Positions 1-9,342 of a stretch of DNA of 64,000 bases are shown here, piece after piece. The first letter of the stretch is position 1. Each line of letters begins with the position of its first letter. The DNA lies in assembly GCA_964012435.1 (NCBI GenBank), contig CAXGSM010000003.1, positions 1 to 64,000 of the forward strand, in the 5' to 3' direction. Under the pieces are notes generated by a model. It saw nothing but the letters and a program-made list of their open reading frames with translations. It did no database searches and had not been told where the DNA came from. A program made the translations under genes and the position numbers. This DNA comes from an uncultured bacterium. GTDB taxonomy: Bacteria; UBP7; UBA6624.

Positions 1-1
1 A

Positions 2-580
2 TCCATGGCGCTTCTGACACCAGTGTTGACATTGGTGTTGGAATTTTTTATCCTCAATAGGATCCCAAATGAAGGATCTTTTTTCGGAATGTTCTTGGTT
101 TTAATTGGTGTTTTTTATCTGCATGGACCTGTCAAGAATATTTCAAAAGAAGGGTTTAGGCTTATCTTTCTTGCGTGTGCATGTGTTGCAGTTGCCCAGG
201 TTCTGGCAAGGTGGTCATTTGACCTGGATCAAGACTTGAGCCTAGGAACATCTGCCTTTTTTAGGGTTTTTGGTGGTGTTGTTGGAATGGCTTTCATTAT
301 GGGAAGGGATTTGAGATCAAAATATCTTTCAGCAATCTCAAAAGGCCCTCATTTAAAACCTTTAATGATTGGAGCATTTTTAGGCACCGGTATAGGGATC
401 TGCCTCTACCAGTCAGCTGCAAAGTTGACAACCGCAACACAATTAAGCTTTCTGGGAACGACAACTCCAATATTTGCGATTCCTATTGCATGGATCATCG
501 CAAAAGAGATTCCCCAAAAACGTGTTGTTGTGGGTGCATTGATAGCGATAGCGGGTGTATCCCTGATTTTCCTTTTTTAA
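2..580 (+). CDS. DMT/EamA-family transporter, 5'-partial (frame open to window start)
   Basis: Multiple TM helices. EamA repeat signature TTPIFAIPIAWIIAKEIP...GALIAIAGVSL, with the earlier half-repeat LTPVLTLVLEFFILNR. Confidence 0.8.
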   Translation, partial: SMALLTPVLTLVLEFFILNRIPNEGSFFGMFLVLIGVFYLHGPVKNISKEGFRLIFLACACVAVAQVLARWSFDLDQDLSLGTSAFFRVFGGVVGMAFIMGRDLRSKYLSAISKGPHLKPLMIGAFLGTGIGICLYQSAAKLTTATQLSFLGTTTPIFAIPIAWIIAKEIPQKRVVVGALIAIAGVSLIFLF

Positions 581-608
581 CACCGATTACTCGATGATTT
601 CCCAGCCA

Positions 609-1973
609 TTAAATTAAAAATTCACCTCTCGTTTTCCATTTACCCCTAGTGAAATCAGGGAAATCAACGGGGGCTGAACGATTTTTGACAGAAAGTATGC
701 TTAGTGGAAATGGCGCGCTCCATGCTGCTCCGTCATAGACATCCATGTCAACCTTTCTGCCTTCAAGTAATGCTGTCATCATCCTGTAATTCATCACAAA
801 ATCCATACCTCCATGGCCACCTGACTTTCGTGCAATCTCGCCAATTTTCTTCCACAAGGGATGTTCAAATTGTTTTTTGACTGGATCGAGGTCAGAGCCT
901 TGCTTCCACGAATGTCCACCTTCTTGACCATCAAGGTAAAGCCTTGCAGGATAGTCAGAGAATGTACCTTTTGTTCCCGATACCATATTTATTCTGGAGT
1001 AAGGTCTTGGGCTTACTGTGTCATGCTGCAGCATGATGGTTTTTCCTTTGTTTGTTTTTATGATGCTTGTGTTCATGTCTCCACGGACATATTTTTCATT
1101 TTTTGCTGGATGTCCTGCTGGTAGTTTTTCTTTAGCCCATTTTGACATTCCGAATTCTGGAGAGCTCATTGAAACCATGTATTCGAACTTATCACCATAA
1201 TTGATGTTCATGTATTGTGCAACAGGACCCAGACCATGTGTTGGATAAAAGTTCCCATCTGCTTGTGTGTACCACTTTCTTCTCCAATGATCTTCGTAGT
1301 ATGTGTCATGGAAAAGAAGCCCTCTCAAATCATGGATATAGGCACATTCAGCATGTGTAAGATCTCCAAATTCTCCTTTTCTTACCATATTTAATATCAT
1401 CATTTCCCAGTAGTTGTAGCAGCAGTTTTCAAGCATCACACAAAAGCGTTGTGTTTTCTCTGAAACATTAATCATGTCCCAGCATTCTTTTATGGTTGTT
1501 GCCATTGGAACTTCTAACGCTGTGTGCTTGCCGTTTTCCATTGCACAAATTGCCATTGGCGCATGCCATATCCAATTGGTTGCTATATAAACAATATCAA
1601 TGTCATCTTGCTTGCATAGGTTTTCAAAATCGGATTCTCCATTCGAGTATATTGCTGGTTTTTTATGACCTTTATCAGTTATTCTTTTAGCTGAGCGTTC
1701 AGCTTTTGCTTTGACCTTGTCACAAAGTGCAACTATTTCAACTTTGTCTATATCTAACAGATTGCCAACATGACCAGAACCTCTATTTCCAAGTCCAATT
1801 ATTCCTACTTTCACCTTGTCTAATGGTTTGAATTGTTTGTTTATCATGGATTGACCAATCTGCTTAGGTGCCTTTAGTTTTGTGTTTAGTGAATATTTTT
1901 TTTGCATTTCCGGAATACCTAAGAAACCCAAGGAACCTAAAAGCTTAATTAGCGAACGTCTTGAAAAATTCAT
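609..1973 (-). CDS. Tat-exported Gfo/Idh/MocA oxidoreductase, GH109-type (NAD+-dependent alpha-N-acetylgalactosaminidase-like)
   Basis: Twin-arginine signal SRRSLIK; Rossmann GIIGLGNRG; EVP, ENCCY, YPTHG and GGHGGMD motifs typical of GH109. G-rich SD upstream. Confidence 0.85.
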   Translation of the reverse strand: MNFSRRSLIKLLGSLGFLGIPEMQKKYSLNTKLKAPKQIGQSMINKQFKPLDKVKVGIIGLGNRGSGHVGNLLDIDKVEIVALCDKVKAKAERSAKRITDKGHKKPAIYSNGESDFENLCKQDDIDIVYIATNWIWHAPMAICAMENGKHTALEVPMATTIKECWDMINVSEKTQRFCVMLENCCYNYWEMMILNMVRKGEFGDLTHAECAYIHDLRGLLFHDTYYEDHWRRKWYTQADGNFYPTHGLGPVAQYMNINYGDKFEYMVSMSSPEFGMSKWAKEKLPAGHPAKNEKYVRGDMNTSIIKTNKGKTIMLQHDTVSPRPYSRINMVSGTKGTFSDYPARLYLDGQEGGHSWKQGSDLDPVKKQFEHPLWKKIGEIARKSGGHGGMDFVMNYRMMTALLEGRKVDMDVYDGAAWSAPFPLSILSVKNRSAPVDFPDFTRGKWKTRGEFLI

Positions 1974-2047
1974 ATAAAAACCCCCCAGTTTTCAATCATA
2001 GATTGAATATTTTTAATGTTATAGAATTGTATAGTTCTAAAAGGCAA

Positions 2048-2596
2048 TTGAAAAAGATAAAAACCCTTCTGATAAATCATCAAGATTCATTTACAAGAAA
2101 TGTTCAGGCATGGCTTGTTTTAGGCGGATGCGATGTTCATGTTTATGACAATCTTGACGGTGTTGTTTTAAGTGAATATGATTTTTTAGTTTTGGGACCC
2201 GGTCCTGGACATCCCGAGGATTGGCCAGCGACACTTTCATTGATGAAAAAATGGAAAAAAAAGCCTATGTTAGGTATATGTCTTGGTTGTCAGTTGATTG
2301 TTCATTATTTTGGTGGGAGTGTTGAGAAAGATGGTGATCCATGTCATGGCGAGAATGTTGAGATGCACCATGATAAAAGCTTTTTTCTTGAGTATGATTC
2401 TCCCTTGTTGGTTACCAGGTATAACAGCTTGATGATTGGCAAGCACCTTCCAGATGGGTTGGTGAAGTTAGGTTCTTCCGAGAGAGGAGATGTTTTGGCA
2501 TGTAAAGCAGTTCATCAACATTGGATTGGAATGTTGTTTCATCCAGACTCATTTCTTTCTGAAGTTAAGTTTAATGCAAGGTGGTTTTTTGATTGA
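2048..2596 (+). CDS. Class I glutamine amidotransferase (TrpG/PabA-like component II)
   Basis: LLINHQDSFT, GPGPG, GICLG (Cys nucleophile), RYNSL and FHPDS. TTG at 2048 fits the family N-terminus better than 1961. Confidence 0.8.
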   Translation: MKKIKTLLINHQDSFTRNVQAWLVLGGCDVHVYDNLDGVVLSEYDFLVLGPGPGHPEDWPATLSLMKKWKKKPMLGICLGCQLIVHYFGGSVEKDGDPCHGENVEMHHDKSFFLEYDSPLLVTRYNSLMIGKHLPDGLVKLGSSERGDVLACKAVHQHWIGMLFHPDSFLSEVKFNARWFFD

Positions 2597-3837
2597 AGGT
2601 ATTACCAAGTAAAAATCTAATCGGAAGAGTAAGGATCCCCGGCGACAAATCTATAACAATAAGAGCATACTTTTTGAGCTTAATGCATCCTGTAATTGTG
2701 AATAACGAATCATTGGGTAGGGATGCGAGAAGCGGATTAAAAGCTATAAGAAAATTTGGAGCAATGATAATGAGGTACAGAGGAAGCCTTAAACTTTCTC
2801 CGCCTAAATCAAATCCAAAATCTGTAAAAATAGATGCTGGGAATTCTGCAACCACTGCTCGATTTGCTTTAGGTTGGGCAGCATCAAATGGTATTGATGC
2901 ATATGTTTATGGAGATGAAAATCTTAATTCCAGAAAAGTTGGAGAGCTTGAGCAGGATTTAAATAACTGGGGAGCAAAGATTGAAACGAATAATGGCTTC
3001 TTTCCTGTGTCAACATCAAACAAGATAAAAGGCGATTTTGATTTGGATATCATTCCTGGTAGTGGAACTAGAAAAGGTGCTTTGATTATTGCATCTGCTA
3101 ATACCGGATTAAATTTTTCATGGAAAGAATCACCTTTGAGCCGAGATCATTCAGAAAGAATGTATGCCTGGGCAGACTGTTGGCCCAAAAAACGAACCAA
3201 TAATGAACCTGTTTGGATTGACATACCGTCAGATGCTTCTGCATTTGCTGTCATTGCATGTCTTGCATCTTTAACGCCTGGTTCGCGCATGTATTCAAAA
3301 ATTCTCACCAACAAAAGAAGATCTGGTCTTTTAAGACTGATAGAGAAAATCGGAGGAGAGGTGACGGTTTCTAAAGAGTCAGAATGGCCTGAGTCAATTG
3401 GAACGGTTGGTGTGAATTCAAAAAAAGATCATCTTTTCCGTGAATTAACAATCAAGAGTCAGGATCTTATGGACATGATTGATGAGGTTCCTTTGGCAGC
3501 AATTTTGTGCAGTAATTCAAACTGCAAGGTTGTTTTTGAAACAGGTGGAATGCTTGGCAATAAAGAATCAAATCGACTTTCCAGCTCTTGTGAATTAGTT
3601 AAATCGTTTGGTGGTGATGCGGAAATAAAAGGAGATGATTTGGTTATCTATGGAAAGGAGAATAGCATTCAAGGGGGGATCTTGGAGGACTGTTCTGATC
3701 ATAGGATCGTTTTGGCTGCAGCAGTTGCAGGTGCTTGTAGTCAAAATGGTGTTGAAATTAAAAATCCGGAAACAGGAAATGTTGCTTTTCCGGGATGGGT
3801 AGAAACATTTAAATCTTTGGGCGTTATCATCAAATGA
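2593..3837 (+). CDS. aroA: 3-phosphoshikimate 1-carboxyvinyltransferase (EPSP synthase), divergent
   Basis: PGDKSI, GNSATT, RDHSE, DEVP, KESNR and DHR motifs; shikimate operon context. Confidence 0.85.
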   Translation: MKVLPSKNLIGRVRIPGDKSITIRAYFLSLMHPVIVNNESLGRDARSGLKAIRKFGAMIMRYRGSLKLSPPKSNPKSVKIDAGNSATTARFALGWAASNGIDAYVYGDENLNSRKVGELEQDLNNWGAKIETNNGFFPVSTSNKIKGDFDLDIIPGSGTRKGALIIASANTGLNFSWKESPLSRDHSERMYAWADCWPKKRTNNEPVWIDIPSDASAFAVIACLASLTPGSRMYSKILTNKRRSGLLRLIEKIGGEVTVSKESEWPESIGTVGVNSKKDHLFRELTIKSQDLMDMIDEVPLAAILCSNSNCKVVFETGGMLGNKESNRLSSSCELVKSFGGDAEIKGDDLVIYGKENSIQGGILEDCSDHRIVLAAAVAGACSQNGVEIKNPETGNVAFPGWVETFKSLGVIIK

Positions 3838-4541
3838 GAAAGATTGGAATCATAGGTTCATCAGTCAGTAATTCTGCGTCTCCAGAATTTCACAATAAAA
3901 AGTTAGCTGGAAATATTATTAAATATATACCAATTCAAAAACAGTCATTGACAAAAAGTCAATTTGTTTTTTTGATGAAAGGCCTGGTGGCAGCTAATGT
4001 TACCTCTCCATTTAAGGATGTAGCCTATGCTTCTGCAGATTGGTTGACTCCAGAAGCTATCAGATGTAAATCAGTAAATCTACTTTATTGGAAAAGGAAT
4101 CTTTTAATAGGAGACAATACAGATACATTAGGTTTTGGCGCTGAGCTTTTGAGGAGAAGCATTTCAAAAAAAGGAACATGGTTGGTTTTAGGTTCTGGTG
4201 GAGCTGGTCGGGCATGCTGTGATGCTTTGTTGGCTCATGGATGCAATCCAATGCTTGTTTCCCGAAACAAGAAGGATAAATCTTCTAGATTTACACTGCT
4301 AGATTATGATGATTTTGAAAATTATTCAGAGAATGTTTTTGGGATAGTTAATGCAACTCCTGTTGAATTGCCTTATGATAATTTTTCAATGTTTAAGAAT
4401 TGTATTTATGCTTGGGATTTAAATTATAAAAAAAAGTCCAAATTCCTTATGTTAGCTGAATCGTCTGGCTTGAATACCGTAGATGGGATGGGAATGTTTA
4501 AATTTCAGGCAAGATATGCTTATTTCAGGTGGGTTTTATGA
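3834..4541 (+). CDS. aroE: Shikimate dehydrogenase
   Basis: SASP, NVTSPFK, DNTD, GSGGAG, NATP, DLNY and DGMGM..QA motifs. Confidence 0.9.
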   Translation: MRKIGIIGSSVSNSASPEFHNKKLAGNIIKYIPIQKQSLTKSQFVFLMKGLVAANVTSPFKDVAYASADWLTPEAIRCKSVNLLYWKRNLLIGDNTDTLGFGAELLRRSISKKGTWLVLGSGGAGRACCDALLAHGCNPMLVSRNKKDKSSRFTLLDYDDFENYSENVFGIVNATPVELPYDNFSMFKNCIYAWDLNYKKKSKFLMLAESSGLNTVDGMGMFKFQARYAYFRWVL

Positions 4542-5644
4542 AGACTTATAAAGGTGGTATACATTGGTCAACAGCCGGTGACTCTCATGGTGATTGTTTG
4601 ATAGGTATTATCTATGGCTTACCATCAGGCTGGTCAATAGATGTTGCAGTAGCTAATCAACTTTTAAAAGACAGGTCTAAAGGTTTTGGACGCAGTGAAA
4701 GACAGGCTTTCGAACATGATGAAGTCGAAATCATAGGTGGTTTATGGAAAGGTAAAACTGTAGGCTCACCACTTTTAATCAGAATAGACAACAAAGGTAA
4801 GAAGGATCCACCTAAAAATGATGATTGGGTTGTGAGACCTGGTCATGCTGATTTTTCAGGAAGCATAAGAACAGGTATGCCGCCTAAGGCTATTGCTGAA
4901 AGAGCAAGTGCACGAGAGACTGCAATAAGAACTGCAATGGGAGGCATAGCGCTTGCTTTATTAAAAGATATTGCTAAAGTTGAGATTGTTTCTTGTGTCA
5001 AATCGATTGGCAACATCGTTGCAAAGAGACTAGATTCAAATGTTGATAATGATTTAAATTGGCCAGATGGAAATAGTTATGAAGATGTTAAAAATGCCAT
5101 AAGGAAAGCTGGACAGGAAGGCACAACTTTAGGAGGGTCTATATTTTTATCAATACAAAATTTACCACCTGGCTTAGGTGAAGCTGACATGCCAATGAGC
5201 AAGCTTTCTGCAAGATTGGGTCAGGCTTTTTTGAGTATCCCTTCAGTCAAAGGTTTATCGTTTGGTGAAGGTCTTGAAACTTTTCAACAAAAAGGAAATG
5301 AGGCACATGATTTACTTAACAGTGAGAGTAATCAAGCTGGTGGTCTTGAGGGTGGAAGGACGAATGGAAAATCTGTAAATGTGACCTTGTGGGCTAAGCC
5401 AATTTCAACACAGAAAAAACCACTTCCTTCAATTGATTTAAAAACAGGAAAACCAGTTGATGCTCCTTATGTTCGAAGTGATGTAGTTGTAATGCCTGCA
5501 GTAAGCGTAATCGCTAAAGCTTTATCGTCTCTGATAATTCTTGAAGCTTTCGGATCAATGTTAGGCAGAGGAAGGTTTGATGAATGGCAAAAACGTTGGA
5601 ATGATTACTTGGAAAGTTTTCCGGATTGGTTGAAGAGCAAGTGA
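4538..5644 (+). CDS. aroC: Chorismate synthase
   Basis: TAGDSHG, RPGHAD, ERASARETA, GGLEGG, KPIST and RSD motifs; ATGA overlap with aroE. Confidence 0.93.
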   Translation: MKTYKGGIHWSTAGDSHGDCLIGIIYGLPSGWSIDVAVANQLLKDRSKGFGRSERQAFEHDEVEIIGGLWKGKTVGSPLLIRIDNKGKKDPPKNDDWVVRPGHADFSGSIRTGMPPKAIAERASARETAIRTAMGGIALALLKDIAKVEIVSCVKSIGNIVAKRLDSNVDNDLNWPDGNSYEDVKNAIRKAGQEGTTLGGSIFLSIQNLPPGLGEADMPMSKLSARLGQAFLSIPSVKGLSFGEGLETFQQKGNEAHDLLNSESNQAGGLEGGRTNGKSVNVTLWAKPISTQKKPLPSIDLKTGKPVDAPYVRSDVVVMPAVSVIAKALSSLIILEAFGSMLGRGRFDEWQKRWNDYLESFPDWLKSK

Positions 5645-7149
5645 AGAAAGCAATTTTTATTGCTGGTTTCATGGGGACCGGAAAGACTACAGTTGGAAAA
5701 GAAGTTGCGCGATATCTTGGAAGAAAATTTATAGATACAGATTCTGCAATATGCGAAGAATCAAATTGTGAAAATGTACAAGATTTCTTTTCCAAATTTG
5801 GTGAGTCTCTTTTTAGAAAAAAAGAATCTGAAATCATATCCAAATTAGCGGATTCAGGTAATGTTATTTCATTAGGTGGTGGCTCGGATCAGAATTCAGA
5901 AATAAAAGATATTCTCACCTCACAGCACCTTGTAAGACTTCTTGCGCCCATGTCTGAAATAGAAAAAAGAATTAAAGAAGGTTCAGTCAGACCTCTTTGG
6001 GAAATGAGAGAAGAGCTTTACCGAAAGAGAGAGGGTAAACGGTCGCTGGGTTTGAAAATTGACACTAGCAACAAGCAGGTTGGGGAGGTTGTGTCTTTAG
6101 TTTTGAGAACCTTGAATGCTGGCGTAGAAACAATCAACAAAAAGCACAATATCACTTTTGGATGGGGTAGTTCCAATTATTCTATTGACGAGAGTAATGC
6201 TGTTGGTGTTATTGAAGATAATGTTTCCGGGTATCTTTTTGCGTTTCCAAAAGGTTGTAATGAAATTTTGAATTTTGCAGGTGGGGAAAATTCAAAAACA
6301 TATGAAAATATCCATAGTTTGTTGGATTTTTTTAATCAAGCAGGATTATCTAGAGATGGTTCTGTTGTGGTTATGGGCGGTGGTGCAATTTCTGATATTG
6401 TTGGCTTTGCAGCCTCTATACACCTGAGAGGTGTTTCCATTCATCTTGTGCCCACTACTTTACTGAGTATGGTAGATGCTTCAATAGGCGGTAAATTCGC
6501 TGTTAATTTTGCTGATGCTAAAAATCTTGTCGGGAATTTTCATATGCCAAAATCAATAAGATTAGATTCTTCATTTTTGCCGACTTTGAAATACAGAGAA
6601 TATCTAAGCGGTTTGGCTGAAATGATAAAAATGAGCTGCCTTGATAAAGCTCTTTTCTCAGCTATTTACAAAGATGTCAAATGTCTTAAAGATCAAAATC
6701 TCATCAAATTGAATTCATATATAAAGAAAGTTGTTAATTTAAAGTGCAAGTATGTTGATGCAGACCCTTATGACACTCATAACCAAAGAATATTTTTGAA
6801 TTTTGGGCATACGGTTGGTCATGCAATTGAGTTATCTTCATCTAAAAAAATAAGACATGGGGAAGCGGTTGGGCTTGGGATGATTGCAATGTCAAAATGG
6901 TCTGAAATGGAAGGATTATCCAAAGCAGGAACAGCTGAGGTTATTCAAGATATGCTAGCAGCAGCAGGCCTGCCAACAAATGTTGAATCTTTCAATGTAG
7001 ACAAGACTTCTTTTTTGGAGGCCCTACAAAAGGATAAAAAATGGACATCTCAAGGTTTGAATGTTGTGTATCCAAAGGCAATTGGAGATTTTGAAATTTC
7101 CAATTTGACAAACCCTCCAGCCGAAAAGTGGTTAGACTTGATATCATGA
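5641..7149 (+). CDS. aroKB: Bifunctional shikimate kinase / 3-dehydroquinate synthase (AroK-AroB fusion)
   Basis: N-terminal GFMGTGKT Walker A, DTD, SLGGG, RPL; C-terminal PTTLLSMVDASIGGK, KNLVGNF, NFGHTVGHAIE, HGEAV. GTGA overlap with aroC. Confidence 0.92.
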   Translation: MKKAIFIAGFMGTGKTTVGKEVARYLGRKFIDTDSAICEESNCENVQDFFSKFGESLFRKKESEIISKLADSGNVISLGGGSDQNSEIKDILTSQHLVRLLAPMSEIEKRIKEGSVRPLWEMREELYRKREGKRSLGLKIDTSNKQVGEVVSLVLRTLNAGVETINKKHNITFGWGSSNYSIDESNAVGVIEDNVSGYLFAFPKGCNEILNFAGGENSKTYENIHSLLDFFNQAGLSRDGSVVVMGGGAISDIVGFAASIHLRGVSIHLVPTTLLSMVDASIGGKFAVNFADAKNLVGNFHMPKSIRLDSSFLPTLKYREYLSGLAEMIKMSCLDKALFSAIYKDVKCLKDQNLIKLNSYIKKVVNLKCKYVDADPYDTHNQRIFLNFGHTVGHAIELSSSKKIRHGEAVGLGMIAMSKWSEMEGLSKAGTAEVIQDMLAAAGLPTNVESFNVDKTSFLEALQKDKKWTSQGLNVVYPKAIGDFEISNLTNPPAEKWLDLIS

Positions 7150-7574
7150 AAATATTGGTTCTTGAAGGTCCTAATTTGAACATGGTTGGCATTCGTGAGA
7201 CTGAAACTTATGGTGGAATTTCTTCATCTGATCAAAAATCATCTATTGATGCTTGGGCCAAATCAAAATGTACCTCTTTAACCTTTAAGAACATTTCAGA
7301 AGAAGGCTCTATTGTTGATTGCATCAATGATTCTGCAGGAAACTTCGAGGCCCTAATTATCAATCCAGGAGCACTATCACACAGTTCATTTTCAATACGT
7401 GATGCCTTAAAAGGTTTGGCAATTCCTGTTGTCGAGGTGCATTTGTCAGCTGTGCATTCAAGAAATGAATCATGGAGAAAACAGCTTATTACTGCTGATG
7501 CAGGGCAACCTGTAATATCTGGGTTTGGGTTTGAAGGTTACAAAATGGCCATCAGGTTTTTAACCAACTCTTAA
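7146..7574 (+). CDS. aroQ: Type II 3-dehydroquinate dehydratase
   Basis: GPNLNMVGIRE..YG, INPGALSHSS and EVHLS motifs; ATGA overlap. Confidence 0.92.
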   Translation: MKILVLEGPNLNMVGIRETETYGGISSSDQKSSIDAWAKSKCTSLTFKNISEEGSIVDCINDSAGNFEALIINPGALSHSSFSIRDALKGLAIPVVEVHLSAVHSRNESWRKQLITADAGQPVISGFGFEGYKMAIRFLTNS

Positions 7575-7581
7575 CGTCATA

Positions 7582-7884
7582 ATGGAAATCGGCTTTGTAT
7601 CTTTAACAATAGGTTTGTATCTGACATTCATATTTTCAAAACAAATATATCTTTATCTTTGTGACAATCCAGACTCAAGCCAAAAAAAAATTGCTTTATT
7701 TGGCCTTTTTGGCTGGATTATTGTTGCATTTGGTGTTTTAGACGCCATCAATTCAGACTTTTTCAAAACAATGGGGCCTGTAGAAGGCCTTATGTTTATT
7801 GTGATGATGAGCTTCGGTACATTTTTTATTTTTGGCATTTTGATGTATCTAGGTTCAATCATTAAGTTTTCTTCGCGCGAATAA
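7582..7884 (+). CDS. Small membrane protein (about 3 TM), unknown function
   Basis: 100-aa hydrophobic ORF immediately after aroQ. Confidence 0.55.
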   Translation: MEIGFVSLTIGLYLTFIFSKQIYLYLCDNPDSSQKKIALFGLFGWIIVAFGVLDAINSDFFKTMGPVEGLMFIVMMSFGTFFIFGILMYLGSIIKFSSRE

Positions 7885-7913
7885 CCATTATTGGAGAAGT
7901 TTCTTGAACAGGA

Positions 7914-8561
7914 TTAATCCCGTTTCTGCCAATGGTCTATTTTTGTACCTGCAGGATCATCCTCGATGCCGTAAACTTTTCGGCCTTTATAGCCTTTCAT
8001 GACAGCTTTGTCGAATTCTGCTATTTCGGAGGCGTACCTGATCCAGCATTTATAGATTTCATTTTCAGCCTCATAGCCTTCTATGCCTATTTCATTTAGC
8101 CTGAACCGACACCCTTCTACATCTCCTTCTGTCCATGATTTTTCAAATTCATTATCACGGCCATGTTGAGGCATGTCCATAAATGGGTTGGGTTTGTTTT
8201 TAACCCATGCTTGAAAAGATTTTTTGATATATAGGTTTTTCTTGTATGTTGCATTGACTGATCTTGAATGTCTGATGCCTGTCATGTGAATTGCCCCGAA
8301 TCCACTGCTCTTGGATTCCCCATAATTCATAATCAGCAATAGTGCAACTGTTCCAAGCAATGTACTCACCAGGATTCCAAAAAGCATAACTTCAGGCCTT
8401 TCGGCACTTGTGCTCATACCCCAACCAACAAGTATGACTGAAAGCACCCCGATTGCAGCGATGTATTCAATGAGCTTGAAGCCCATTCGGTAAGCCTGTA
8501 AAACCATCCAAGCTGCTGTTAGATTCCAGCTTAAAATTGAAAAAGAGTTAAGTTCGTTCAT
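7914..8561 (-). CDS. Hypothetical protein with N-terminal TM helices and a soluble C-terminal domain
   Basis: 215-aa ORF filling the gap; three hydrophobic segments followed by a charged domain. Confidence 0.6.
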   Translation of the reverse strand: MNELNSFSILSWNLTAAWMVLQAYRMGFKLIEYIAAIGVLSVILVGWGMSTSAERPEVMLFGILVSTLLGTVALLLIMNYGESKSSGFGAIHMTGIRHSRSVNATYKKNLYIKKSFQAWVKNKPNPFMDMPQHGRDNEFEKSWTEGDVEGCRFRLNEIGIEGYEAENEIYKCWIRYASEIAEFDKAVMKGYKGRKVYGIEDDPAGTKIDHWQKRD

Positions 8562-8601
8562 GTCTATGATTATTCATAATCATACTTCGAGGCCCCTTTG
8601 C

Positions 8602-8630
8602 TTCAAATATACACAATTTGTGTTTATAAT
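8602..8630 (+). promoter_or_regulatory. Sigma70-type promoter overlapped by a palindrome
   Basis: TTCAAA-N17-TATAAT. Inverted repeat ATATACACAA-T-TTGTGTTTAT (8607-8627). SD AAGGAG at 8651. Confidence 0.5.
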
Positions 8631-8664
8631 TTCTAGGTTTAAGCAACAATAAGGAGTATTGGTT

Positions 8665-9342
8665 ATGAAAAAATATTTTATCTTTTGTTTAGTTTTCTTG
8701 CTAAGTGTTTTGAGGTTAGACACTCATACATTCAGTAATCTTTCTCTGGAAGAGCAAGTTAGAGCAACTGATTTTGCAGTTTTAGGAGAGGTTGTTTCTT
8801 ACGAGTATCGCATAGATCCTTCTGAAAGATTCTGGAAAAGAACATATGTAACAATTAAGGTCCAAGAGGACTTAATGAAAAATATAGAAAATTTTGCTAC
8901 ATATCAGCAAGTTGGAGACAATGTTTATATTGAGATAGATCATCCTGGCGGTGTTTTTGATGGTTTGACAACCAGAATATCTGGTCATCCTCAATTTTTT
9001 CCAGGTGAAGTTTATGTATTGCACTTATGGAATAGAGACGTTAGAAATATAGCTGTTCCTGTTGTTGGCTTTAGTAATGGTGCTTACAGGGTCATTCCAG
9101 ATAATAATGGCGTTGCAAGAGTGTATGGTTTTGAAGGTGTTTATCCTGTTAAGGGTTTTATTTCCAGAGAGGTTACCGATAGCCCATTAGAAATTATGGA
9201 GATAGGAGCGATGGCAGTTGATGCTGAATTAGGAGAAACTGCTCAAGATGGTTCACCGATAACTTTAGATGCTTTTTTAATTCAAGAAAAAAATATGCTT
9301 ACACTGTTGCGGGGAATAGAGTTTGAGGAGGGTGAAGAGTAA
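8665..9342 (+). CDS. Secreted protein, putative protease-associated pro-/inhibitor-like beta domain
   Basis: Signal peptide; pattern TF.NLSLEEQV..TDFAVLGEV...TYVTIKV...PGG....ISGHPQF.PGE.YVL.L. AAGGAG SD before ATG 8665; overlaps the start of the protease gene. Confidence 0.7.
   Translation: MKKYFIFCLVFLLSVLRLDTHTFSNLSLEEQVRATDFAVLGEVVSYEYRIDPSERFWKRTYVTIKVQEDLMKNIENFATYQQVGDNVYIEIDHPGGVFDGLTTRISGHPQFFPGEVYVLHLWNRDVRNIAVPVVGFSNGAYRVIPDNNGVARVYGFEGVYPVKGFISREVTDSPLEIMEIGAMAVDAELGETAQDGSPITLDAFLIQEKNMLTLLRGIEFEEGEE

Noticed and set aside
1961..2047. Long N-terminus of the amidotransferase ORF
   Set aside because: Overlaps the divergent GH109 start and promoter region; family homology starts near TTG 2048.
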